Positions 37,678-46,909 of a stretch of 64,000 nucleotides of DNA are shown in pieces; the stretch's first letter is position 1; every line of letters starts with the position of its first letter. The notes beneath the pieces are model-generated. The model was not told where the DNA came from and did no database searches. It saw only the letters and a program-made list of their open reading frames with translations. The DNA comes from Myxococcota bacterium (GTDB lineage: Bacteria > Myxococcota_A > SURF-8): NCBI GenBank assembly GCA_965140415.1, contig OZ223209.1, forward strand, positions 5,824,001 through 5,888,000. Reading direction: 5' to 3'. A program made the translations under genes and the position numbers.

Positions 37678-38034
37678 ATGGAACTCAGCAGCATTCAGCA
37701 GCGTGTGGAAGAACAGGCCAAGCAAATGTTCAAAGATGTGGAGAGCAACATCAAGAAACTGGAAGAAAAGACTCAGCCGCGCTGGAAGGAAATCCAACAG
37801 CGTCTGGATTCAGTTCTCGATCTGCGCAATCTAACCCAGAACGAAAAGCTGAAAGAACTCAAGGGAAATTGGCAGCAAACCGGTAAGCAGTGGAAAGAAA
37901 ACGGCACCCAGTGGGCCGAAGAAAACTACTCTAACTTGCTGGATACACTTGGTATTGCAACAAAAGACGAAGTGGACACGCTGCGCAAGAAGTTGTCTTC
38001 CTTGCAGCGCAAAATCAGTAATTTCGGAAAATAA
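37678..38034 (+). CDS. Phasin-like (PHA granule-associated) coiled-coil protein
   Basis: Helical 118-aa protein; C-terminal LDTLGIATKDEVDTLRKKL resembles PhaI/PhaF-type phasins; AAGGAG RBS. Confidence 0.6.
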   Translation: MELSSIQQRVEEQAKQMFKDVESNIKKLEEKTQPRWKEIQQRLDSVLDLRNLTQNEKLKELKGNWQQTGKQWKENGTQWAEENYSNLLDTLGIATKDEVDTLRKKLSSLQRKISNFGK

Positions 38035-38085
38035 TTCCGGATGAACGGGGGGTTGACATAGTCTGTCGGTGTGTGGCTCGACAGG

Positions 38086-38130
38086 AAAAAACAGAATGCG
38101 GAGGCTCTTGGGCTTCCGCATTCTGCATTT
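38086..38130. terminator. Terminator-like hairpin after the phasin-like gene
   Basis: CAGAATGCGGA...TCCGCATTCTG stem, flanked by A6 on the left and CATTT on the right. Confidence 0.55.
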
Positions 38131-38560
38131 CCGGTCATGAAACGATTCCGGAGCAATTTTTTCATTTTTTTTTGCTTTTTGTATAGAAGTAGAATTTCCT
38201 ACAAGCCGCGCATAGTTGCGTCGCAAGAGAGGCTGTCAGGCGGGTTTTGGCGGGTGAAGAGCTGGAAAAATGATTTGACAACCTCGCCTGGGATCGGTTA
38301 CAAAATTCGATGGAAAGGGCAAAAACCGGACCATTTCAAACTGGGCCGGTTTGCTTTTTGGGTTTGTAAAAGCCTGAAATCGTATGCTTTTTCCAGTTTT
38401 CCTCCCTTCTGGGGTGCTTGCCGGAGCGCCCCAGATTTTTTTTAAGCAGCTTGCAACCGATGAAGAATTCAAGTGAAATTCAGTAACGGGAGGCCCTTGG
38501 CCTGCAACTTGTGTTCAAGCCGCTTACAACGAGTAAAACTCTCAATGAAGTGAGATCGAC

Positions 38561-39340
38561 ATGGCAACTTCAGCTTCACTACGGGACCGAATCACCATTG
38601 TGCTGGTGGAACCGCTTTTCGCCGGGAATATCGGATCGGCTTGTCGTGCAATGAAAAATATGGGCTTGCACGATCTGCGCATGGTGCACCCCCCATTGGA
38701 TCGCAAGGAAGAGGCGTCCCGTATGGCGCACGGCGCGTTGGACGTCCTGGAAAATGCCCGGCGTGTCTTCACGTTGGAGGAAGCCCTGGAGGACGTTCAG
38801 TTCGTCGTGGGAACGACGGCGAGACTGGGCGGTTGGCGCGAACAGATCCAGACCCCGCGTCAGGCAGCAGGGAAGATTATGGAAATCGCAGCAAGTAACA
38901 AGGTCGCGATTCTCTTCGGTTCCGAAGACCGGGGATTGTCCAATGAGGCGATCAAGCGCTGCAACATGCTGATTTCCGTTCCCACCTCCAAGCAGCAGCG
39001 TTCGCTGAACCTGGCGCAGGCCGTGCTGTTGATTGCCTATGAGTTGTATATCACGGAGTTTGAGGGCACAGCCAAGTCACCGGGATTGGCCGCCTCCAAT
39101 CAGGTGGAAGGAATGTTCCAGGATCTGAGTGAAGCGCTGGAGTTGATTCACTTTTTACGCCCCGGAAACCCGGAGTACTGGATGATGGCATTCAAGCGCC
39201 TGTTCGGGCGCTCGGGATTGACGACGCCGGAAGTCAATATGCTGCGCGGCGTGTGTCGACAGATCCGCTGGGTGCATTCGCTGGTGGATCAGTCGATCTG
39301 GGATGAAAAAGAGCGAAAGCGCAGGGCGCGCCAGTCATAA
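38561..39340 (+). CDS. trmJ: tRNA (C32/U32-2'-O)-methyltransferase, SPOUT family
   Basis: GNIGSACRAMKNMG, GTTAR, FGSEDRGLSN, SLNLAQAV. Confidence 0.85.
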   Translation: MATSASLRDRITIVLVEPLFAGNIGSACRAMKNMGLHDLRMVHPPLDRKEEASRMAHGALDVLENARRVFTLEEALEDVQFVVGTTARLGGWREQIQTPRQAAGKIMEIAASNKVAILFGSEDRGLSNEAIKRCNMLISVPTSKQQRSLNLAQAVLLIAYELYITEFEGTAKSPGLAASNQVEGMFQDLSEALELIHFLRPGNPEYWMMAFKRLFGRSGLTTPEVNMLRGVCRQIRWVHSLVDQSIWDEKERKRRARQS

Positions 39341-39495
39341 AGTTTGTACGACACCAATTCCCACATGAAAAAAACAAACCGGTATTCCGCATAACGAATT
39401 GCTTCCGCTTGCCCCAATCCAAATGCTGAAAGCCTGTGAGATTGCAATTCTCTTGACTCGTTTGTCGCTTTTTGCTAGGTAGTAGTTCGATCTGA

Positions 39496-39571
39496 GCGGG
39501 AGTAACTCAGTTGGTAGAGTGGAAGCTTCCCAAGCTTCAAGTCGCGGGTTCGAGTCCCGTCTCCCGCTCCA
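39496..39571 (+). tRNA. tRNA-Gly (CCC)
   Basis: 76-nt cloverleaf: GCGGGAG/CTCCCGC acceptor, GAAGC-TTCCCAA-GCTTC anticodon arm, GGTTCGAGTCC T arm, encoded CCA. Confidence 0.97.
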
Positions 39572-39993
39572 GTTCACCAATGAAACGGTCGTTTTAATGG
39601 CGATCGTTTTTTCCTTTTTATGTCTTCTCTCAATTAAACTCGAAACATGTTGTCCCAAGATTCTAGTTTTGATTGGTTTTAACTTATTATTAATTATGTA
39701 AAATTCTATAAAAAAACATGGAAATTTGCCGTATTATTACTGTAGAATATCTTTGTATGAAAGAGCTTCGCTGGAACCAGCGGCGAGAATTGTTTTTCCT
39801 GATGAAACAGGGATTCGGGACCATGCGGTTCCGGGTAGTCAAATAGTATGTTCTGAGGTATACTATTTGAATTATTTTACGAATGTCTTGCACTGGGGTA
39901 TAATCCGCCTTTGCGGGACTCTTCTTGAGTGGGGCTGGTTCAACTGAGGGAGCTAGAGTTAGAAACTTAGCGGTTGCCAGGATATACAGGTCA

Positions 39994-42900
39994 ATGAGAA
40001 ATCGTACTCTCCATTGGAGATTGATAGGGATTGCAATCGTCGGATGGTTTTGTCTATGCGGACTGCCGTTGGGGATTGCCCAGGAAAATGCAAAAGATGC
40101 AGTAGCGGCGCAAGCTGCTGAACCTCAAGCCGCACAAGTGCGGGAAACGCTTTTATTGCATTTTTCCGGTGATGGCGATGCTGAGCAAGCGGCTACAGGG
40201 TTGCAACTGTTGCTGTCCAGTCGTTTGCAGGGCAACCAGGATCTTTCTCTTGTCAACCGGCTGTTGGTGCTCGATGCGGCCAGTAAAGGACGTGTACTTA
40301 AAGGCAGAAGCCGCCTTTTTCGCAAGGATATCCCCTATCTGTGTTTGAAAACGGAATCCCGCCGTGCCGTGATTGGCTGGGTGGAATTGGATCTGGATGA
40401 AATCATCGTTACCCTGCGTGTATTCGATGGCGTCTCGGCGGAGAACCTGGCTTCCGTGGAATTGCGGGAGAACTACGCGCACCTGAGCAAGCTGGTGCAG
40501 CGTATGGCTGAATCGCTGGAACAACTTTTAGGGCGTAAAGTGCGGCTACCTGCCGCTCCTCCCAAAACGGAATCCATCGACCTGGAAGGATTGAAGCGGT
40601 TGGGGCAAGGCTGGCTTGCTCTGGAAAAGAAAGACCGCAATCCCGGTTTGTCCACGATGTTGGGTGCGCGCGATGAAGGCCTGGAAATCGGATCGGTAGT
40701 CGCTTCCTGGATCAATGAGAAAACGGCGCCCCTATTGGGGAAAAAGCTGACGAAATGGACGAAAGCCAACCAGGCGCTGTTGGCGGATCTGAGCGAGCAA
40801 CCCAAGCAGGCGTTGGAGTTATACGAATCAATCAAGCCGATCGGCAAACGCGGCTGGGAAATGGGAATTCGCCATGCTCGTCTGTTGTTACGCGAGAAAA
40901 AGTGGCCCCAGTTCAAAGCCTGGCTGAAAAAGCTGGGGAAAATTCAACCCAACGATGCGGAACTGGCCTTGCTAAACGGCTATCGCCTGATGAACGAGGG
41001 AAACAAGGCGCAGGCGTTGAAGTCTTGGGAAGCGGCCCTGTCCGGTGGAATCGAAAACCTGGAGGCTTTGCAAGCCTTGGCTCAAAACGCAGCGGCTGAA
41101 AACAACAAGTCGGAGGCTATTGAACTCTACACAAAGGCTGCACAACTGCTAAGCCGCCGGCATCGTAATGATAGCGCCAACGAGATGTTGTTATCTGCCT
41201 TGGAGCAGGGTGGACCGGAAACCCTGATGAACAAACTGTCTCTGCTGTCATTGACTCCAACCCAGAAGGAACGCCTACAGCGCTATACCGCAGCTCGTCA
41301 TACCTCGAAAACACAGGCCGATGTTTTCCTGGAAGCTCGCCAGGCCCGTCTGGCCGGAAAAGTCGCCGAGGCAGAAGAGCTGCTTTACAATGCCGCAGGG
41401 ATCGATGCCAAAAGCTTTGAGCCGAATCTTGCCGCAGGAAACTTCTTCTCCAATGAGAAACTGGATATCGACAAATCCATCCGGTTTTATGGGGCTGCCG
41501 TAAAGGCCAGCGACAACGATCCGCGCGCGTTGCTCGGATTGGCGTTAAGCTATCAGCGGGCGGATTTTTGCAACAAGGCGCAGGAGTCCTTCGAGAAACT
41601 ATTGAAGATCATTCCGGAAAACAGGCGCATTCAGCTTCTGCATACGGAAATGCTGCGAAATTGTGGACAAGCGGAAAAGGCCGAACAGCGAGTACAGCAA
41701 ATCGTGCAGCAGGATGCAGATTATGCTCCGGCTCTCATTAAGCTCGTTTCCTACTATGATATCACGCGCGACGCTCAGAAGCGCAACGCGGCCTTGAATG
41801 AGTTGAAATCTCTGGATGCGCGTGAATACCTGCTGCTGACCAAAGAACCGAAGGTCGTCAAGACGGAAGCGAAAAAAGAGAAGAAACCGCGCAAAAAGCG
41901 AACTCCGGTCAAGGTTCAATTCCCGATTACGAAAAATCTGATGAAAGCCGTCCCGACCGGTTTGGAACGCGTGGCGCTTGTCAGTAAAGATCGCCTGGAA
42001 ATGGGCTTTCTGGATCGTGTTTTCAATTGGCTCTTTTCCTTGTGGCGTATGAATCCTAAGCCTATCGGCAAGGATCTGGCCGCATTGATAAGCAATGAAG
42101 CCAAGTTGGTTCAGGATTCGGAAATCGCGGATATGATCCGGATTTATCCGGGGATGCGTCCTTTCCGTCCTGATAGTTTCGATAAGGTGACTGCTAAGTT
42201 CGACCTGAATGCGGTCGTACTTTACGATCTGGTGCAGCGCAAACAGGACGGCATGGATGTGGATCTGTACTGCTTCGTTCGCGGAGGCAGCGAAGTGCTC
42301 TATACCAGCGGACGGGTTTCCTTCAATTCGGAAAGGTTGCAAAAACGCAACGCGGGTATCGTGATTCCGCCTCTGCTGATGGTCGTGCTGATTGCCGGGT
42401 TGATTTTCTGGCGGCGTATGGGTGGTTTCGGTCGCGTGCGAGTGGAAATCAAATACGATCAGAAATTCGAGGAAGGATACTTCCTTGTGCGCTTGTCCAA
42501 GCGCAATACCAGTCAGCCTTTCCCTGTCGAGAAATTGAAGGGCATTGAATTCGACAGCAACCGTTCGGAAACGGAATTGAAAATTCGTTCGGTTTTCAAA
42601 TCCCGTTCTCCGCTGGTCACCGTTACGTCACTGAACGAAGCGAACCTGTATCGCGTGCCGCCGGGTAAGTATTTCGTTTTCGTGACCGGAATCATGTTCG
42701 ATTTGAAAACCCGTCAGCCGATCGGCACCTATGAAGTGACTCGGGAAACCGAGGTCGAAAAAGACCGCACCAGCGAAGTTCGCGTCAATATGGAAATTAC
42801 GGAAGCGTATGTCGAAGTGCGCGTCACTCAGGAAGTGATGGTTACGAAAACCGTAACGGAAACGGAAGACGGCGAAAGCAAGGAAGTGGAGCAGCAGGTT

Positions 42901-45348
42901 CTGCAACACCAGGAAATCGGTGGTGCGACGGTTGAAGTCAATAACGATGCCGCGCTGACCAAGGTGACGATCGAGGGTGAACCGGTTACCTATTATTTTG
43001 GCCTGGGAACCTATCAGATCAAAGCGAGTTACAACGATCTGGCAGCCGTTCATAATCTGAAAATCGAGGATACGACTCCCAAACTGATCGAGTTGAAACT
43101 GGTTGCCAAGAGCAAGGCAACCCTGGCGGCGTCGCCGCTTTCGCTGGATATGGATATGGATATGGGAGCGCCGATGGCGGATGTCAATGCCGAATTGAGC
43201 ATGGAAGACCTGTTAAGTAACAGTGATTCCAGTACGCCCACGGCATCCTCTTTCGACAAGCGCCCGGGCTCCAAAACGGAACCACCACAACCCATTGAAT
43301 TGTCCGATGATATCCTGACCGGACCCATCCCGACCATCACGCATGGTGCGCCACCCATCAACCCCGGTGCCGGTGATGCATCCCGTGGCCCGGTGGATCT
43401 GGAAGATGTCTTCGAAACATCGCGTGAAAGCGAACTGGAAAAGCTGTTCGAAGCGACCAGCGAATTGACCCCGGAGGCGGCTCGGGAGCAGTACCTCAAG
43501 CACGCCCGCGAAATGCAGCAGGCTCGCCGTTTCGACGAAGCGGCGGAATTGTTCATGCGCGCCGGGATGTACGATCAGGCCGCCGAGATGTGTCAGCGTA
43601 GTGGCAATCAACGTCTGACTTACAAAGTGTATGGCTATAACTACTTGAATTCAGGCAGCTTCCGCGAAGCGGTCGAAATGTTCAAATACGCCGATGAGCC
43701 ACTGCTGGAAGCGGAAGCCTTGGAAGGGCTGCGGCTGGTAGATGAAGCGAATCTGAAACGCGGTATCTACCACGAGCAGAGAGGCGATATCAGTCGCGCG
43801 TTGGATTATTACGAAAAGGCCGGAAACTGGGAGCATATCGGCGAGTTGCACGACCGCTTGCAGAATTTCCAACAGGCCGGAGAAGCTTTCTTCAGGGCGC
43901 GCAAGTACGAAAAAGCCGGAGATTGCTTCCTGCAAAGCCAGGATATCAAAAGCGCCGCCAAAGCATTTGAAATGGATGCTCAGTACATGCGGGCGGCAGA
44001 GTTGTACATGCAGTTGGGACCGAACGTCAAGATCTTCAGCTTGCTGGAAAAGGCCGGGCGTCACTGTGAAGCGGCGGAAGGCTACAAGAAGCACGGCCTG
44101 CTTGATGAAGCCGTGCATGCCTGTCAGCAAGTGGACCCCAGTAAAGAAGATTACCTGAAAGCCGCCCTGATCATGGGCAAAATCTTTATCGAGAAAAACG
44201 AACAGACCCTGGCGCGCAGTGTCTACGCCAAGGCGGTTGAAAACGCCAATATCACACAAGAAAAAATCGAAAGCTATTATGAGTTTGGCGTACTGATCCA
44301 GGAACAGGGTTTGATTCACGAAGCGAATGCGCTGTTCGAAAAACTGCAAACCGTCAAATACAACTATGCAGATGTGACTATTCGCATCCAGAATCTGAGC
44401 GAACGCATCGAGCAGGAACGCAAGGCTTACGGTACAGTGCCGCCTCCTGGAACGATTCCGCCCTTCCCCGGTTACCGGACGGCATCCACGGCGGCCAACT
44501 CTCTGTATCAAACGCCTACACCTTCCGCCGGTCAAACTCCGGTTTCCAGCCGCTACGTTTTCGAAAAAGAGCTGGGACGCGGCGCGATGGGTATTGTGTA
44601 CAAAGCCAAAGATACGGCGTTGGATCGTGTCGTCGCCTATAAAACGGTAAGTAACGCCATTAAGGAAAACCCGGCTTCGTTGAAGTATTTCCTTTCCGAG
44701 GCCAAGTCGTTGGCGGCGTTGAATCACGGCAACATCGTTACCGTATTCGACGTCGGACAGGAAGCGGACAACTTCTTCATCACCATGGAATACGTCGACG
44801 GGCGTTCTTTGGGCGACTTCATCATGGACAAAGGGCGGCTCACCATGAAAAACTGTGTGGTGATCGCGACCAAGATCTGTAACGCCTTGGAATATGCACA
44901 TAAAAACAATATCGTGCATCGCGACATCAAGCCGTCGAACATCATGATATCCAATAGCGGCGAAGTGAAAATCATGGACTTCGGCCTGGCCAAGATTATG
45001 ACCGAAGCGGTTATGGACAAAACCGTTGTGCGTGGCACGCCCCTGTATATGTCGCCTGAACAGGTGGAAGGCGTCGGTGTGGGACATCGCGCGGATCTGT
45101 ACTCTTTCGGAGTGACACTCTTCGAGATGGCTACCGGAACGTTGCCGTTTACCAAGGGCGATATCGCGTACCATCATTTGCATACTCCGCCGCCATCACC
45201 CGTCCGGTACAATCCATCCATTCCGGAAGGTTTGGAAAAGATCATTCTGAAGATGCTGGAAAAGACGCCGGAAGACCGTTACCAGAGTGCAACGGACATC
45301 AAGCGGGATCTGCAACCTATCCGGGAAGCCCTGCTGAGCGGCTCATGA
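39994..45348 (+). CDS. Large TPR-containing membrane Ser/Thr protein kinase (C-terminal kinase)
   Basis: Signal peptide, TPR-like repeats, single TM near 42350-42415, second TPR block, kinase motifs GRGAMG, VAYK, HRDIKPSN, DFG, SPE. Confidence 0.88.
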   Translation: MRNRTLHWRLIGIAIVGWFCLCGLPLGIAQENAKDAVAAQAAEPQAAQVRETLLLHFSGDGDAEQAATGLQLLLSSRLQGNQDLSLVNRLLVLDAASKGRVLKGRSRLFRKDIPYLCLKTESRRAVIGWVELDLDEIIVTLRVFDGVSAENLASVELRENYAHLSKLVQRMAESLEQLLGRKVRLPAAPPKTESIDLEGLKRLGQGWLALEKKDRNPGLSTMLGARDEGLEIGSVVASWINEKTAPLLGKKLTKWTKANQALLADLSEQPKQALELYESIKPIGKRGWEMGIRHARLLLREKKWPQFKAWLKKLGKIQPNDAELALLNGYRLMNEGNKAQALKSWEAALSGGIENLEALQALAQNAAAENNKSEAIELYTKAAQLLSRRHRNDSANEMLLSALEQGGPETLMNKLSLLSLTPTQKERLQRYTAARHTSKTQADVFLEARQARLAGKVAEAEELLYNAAGIDAKSFEPNLAAGNFFSNEKLDIDKSIRFYGAAVKASDNDPRALLGLALSYQRADFCNKAQESFEKLLKIIPENRRIQLLHTEMLRNCGQAEKAEQRVQQIVQQDADYAPALIKLVSYYDITRDAQKRNAALNELKSLDAREYLLLTKEPKVVKTEAKKEKKPRKKRTPVKVQFPITKNLMKAVPTGLERVALVSKDRLEMGFLDRVFNWLFSLWRMNPKPIGKDLAALISNEAKLVQDSEIADMIRIYPGMRPFRPDSFDKVTAKFDLNAVVLYDLVQRKQDGMDVDLYCFVRGGSEVLYTSGRVSFNSERLQKRNAGIVIPPLLMVVLIAGLIFWRRMGGFGRVRVEIKYDQKFEEGYFLVRLSKRNTSQPFPVEKLKGIEFDSNRSETELKIRSVFKSRSPLVTVTSLNEANLYRVPPGKYFVFVTGIMFDLKTRQPIGTYEVTRETEVEKDRTSEVRVNMEITEAYVEVRVTQEVMVTKTVTETEDGESKEVEQQVLQHQEIGGATVEVNNDAALTKVTIEGEPVTYYFGLGTYQIKASYNDLAAVHNLKIEDTTPKLIELKLVAKSKATLAASPLSLDMDMDMGAPMADVNAELSMEDLLSNSDSSTPTASSFDKRPGSKTEPPQPIELSDDILTGPIPTITHGAPPINPGAGDASRGPVDLEDVFETSRESELEKLFEATSELTPEAAREQYLKHAREMQQARRFDEAAELFMRAGMYDQAAEMCQRSGNQRLTYKVYGYNYLNSGSFREAVEMFKYADEPLLEAEALEGLRLVDEANLKRGIYHEQRGDISRALDYYEKAGNWEHIGELHDRLQNFQQAGEAFFRARKYEKAGDCFLQSQDIKSAAKAFEMDAQYMRAAELYMQLGPNVKIFSLLEKAGRHCEAAEGYKKHGLLDEAVHACQQVDPSKEDYLKAALIMGKIFIEKNEQTLARSVYAKAVENANITQEKIESYYEFGVLIQEQGLIHEANALFEKLQTVKYNYADVTIRIQNLSERIEQERKAYGTVPPPGTIPPFPGYRTASTAANSLYQTPTPSAGQTPVSSRYVFEKELGRGAMGIVYKAKDTALDRVVAYKTVSNAIKENPASLKYFLSEAKSLAALNHGNIVTVFDVGQEADNFFITMEYVDGRSLGDFIMDKGRLTMKNCVVIATKICNALEYAHKNNIVHRDIKPSNIMISNSGEVKIMDFGLAKIMTEAVMDKTVVRGTPLYMSPEQVEGVGVGHRADLYSFGVTLFEMATGTLPFTKGDIAYHHLHTPPPSPVRYNPSIPEGLEKIILKMLEKTPEDRYQSATDIKRDLQPIREALLSGS

Positions 45349-45413
45349 GTTCTTGCTGCGCGTTGAAAGCCTTGCCGTATTCTTCGAACCTTGCACGATA
45401 AAAGAGGATGCGT

Positions 45414-46850
45414 ATGTCGATAGCTACCATCATTATGGCGGCGGGTCTGGGTACCCGGATGAAATCCGAAAAAGCCAAGGTATTGCACGAGTTGTGCGGC
45501 AAACCGCTGGTTTGCTATCCGGTGGAGCTTTCTTTGGCGCTCAAATGCGAGCGTGTCGCGGTGGTGGTCGGCCATCAGGCGGAACAGGTGAAATCCGTAC
45601 TGGCTTCGCGCTACGACAACCGGGTGCGAACCGCCCTGCAAAAAGAACAGCTTGGCACCGGTCACGCCGTGCTTTCCGCTCGATCGGCATTGCGTGGCTT
45701 TCATGGACAGGTGCTGATTCTCTCCGGCGATGTTCCCCTGCTGACGGCTAAAACCGTGCGCGCGTTGATGACCAAAGTCAAACGCACGAAATCCGTGTTG
45801 GGTTTCATCAGCAGCATGCTGCCCGATCCAACCGGCTACGGACGTGTAGTGCGTGACGAAAAGGGGCGGATTTTAAGCATCGTAGAGCAGCGTGATGCCA
45901 CCAAGGAGCAGCTTGCCATACAAGAAGGCAACATGGGGATCTATCTGGTGGACGCCGACTTCCTGTTCAAGGGTTTGAAGAAAGTCGGTACGGATAACGA
46001 TCAGGGAGAATACTACCTGCCGGATCTGATCCGAATCGCTAAAGAAAGTGGTTTGTCGGTCACGGCATTGGATGCTCCGGTCGAGCAATGCCTTGGAATC
46101 AATAATCGCAGCCAGCTGGCCGCCTTGCAGAAAATCATGAATCGGCAGACGTTGGAAGACCTGATGCTCTCCGGCGTGACTCTGCTGGACCCGGAATGCA
46201 CCTGGATCGATGCCGATGTGAAAATCGGAACGGATACGGTTATTTATCCCGGTTGTCGATTGCAAGGCAAGGTTCGTATCGGGAAAAACTGTATCATCGA
46301 AACCGGATCGGTTATTCGGGATTCCGAACTGGCGAACGACATCCGCGTTCAGCCGTATTCGGTGATTGAAGAGAGCCACGTCGACAGTGCCGTCCAGATC
46401 GGACCTTTCGCGCATCTGCGGCCTTTCAGCCGTATCGGCGAGGACTGTCATGTTGGGAACTTTGTGGAAACCAAGAAAAGTGTGCTGATGCCGGGCGTCA
46501 AAGCCAATCACCTGAGTTATCTGGGTGACGCCACCATCGGTCGCAATACGAATATCGGAGCGGGTACCATTACCTGTAACTACGATGGATACAGTAAATA
46601 CCCGACCGTGATCGGCGAGGAAGTTTTAGTCGGATCGGATACGCAGTTGATCGCGCCGGTAACGGTTCCCGACCGCGTAGTACTGGGTGCAGGCACCAGT
46701 TTGACCGCACAGGAAAAAGTTCCAGCCGGGGCGCTGGTGGTCATGCGTCCCCAGGCGCGGATTGTGGAAGGATTTCGCGACAAGCTGGAAGCCCGTTCCA
46801 AAAAGAACAAGAAGAAGACGGCGAAGAAAAAAAGCAGAAAAAAGGCTTAA
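45414..46850 (+). CDS. glmU: Bifunctional UDP-GlcNAc pyrophosphorylase/GlcN-1-P acetyltransferase
   Basis: MAAGLGTRMKS, QLGTGHAV, GEYYLPD, hexapeptide repeats, GAGTITCNYDG. Confidence 0.97.
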   Translation: MSIATIIMAAGLGTRMKSEKAKVLHELCGKPLVCYPVELSLALKCERVAVVVGHQAEQVKSVLASRYDNRVRTALQKEQLGTGHAVLSARSALRGFHGQVLILSGDVPLLTAKTVRALMTKVKRTKSVLGFISSMLPDPTGYGRVVRDEKGRILSIVEQRDATKEQLAIQEGNMGIYLVDADFLFKGLKKVGTDNDQGEYYLPDLIRIAKESGLSVTALDAPVEQCLGINNRSQLAALQKIMNRQTLEDLMLSGVTLLDPECTWIDADVKIGTDTVIYPGCRLQGKVRIGKNCIIETGSVIRDSELANDIRVQPYSVIEESHVDSAVQIGPFAHLRPFSRIGEDCHVGNFVETKKSVLMPGVKANHLSYLGDATIGRNTNIGAGTITCNYDGYSKYPTVIGEEVLVGSDTQLIAPVTVPDRVVLGAGTSLTAQEKVPAGALVVMRPQARIVEGFRDKLEARSKKNKKKTAKKKSRKKA

Positions 46851-46909
46851 GCCGCTGACGAGGGAACATGCCGGAAATGAGACTGTTTCCGGTGAGATAG
46901 GAAACAGCC

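Noticed and set aside
39572-39990. Genomic island integrated at tRNA-Gly
   Set aside because: An AT-rich spacer follows, but no integrase and no duplicated tRNA 3' end were seen in the window.
46851-46909. glmS ribozyme
   Set aside because: The 59-bp spacer is too short and lacks the core consensus.
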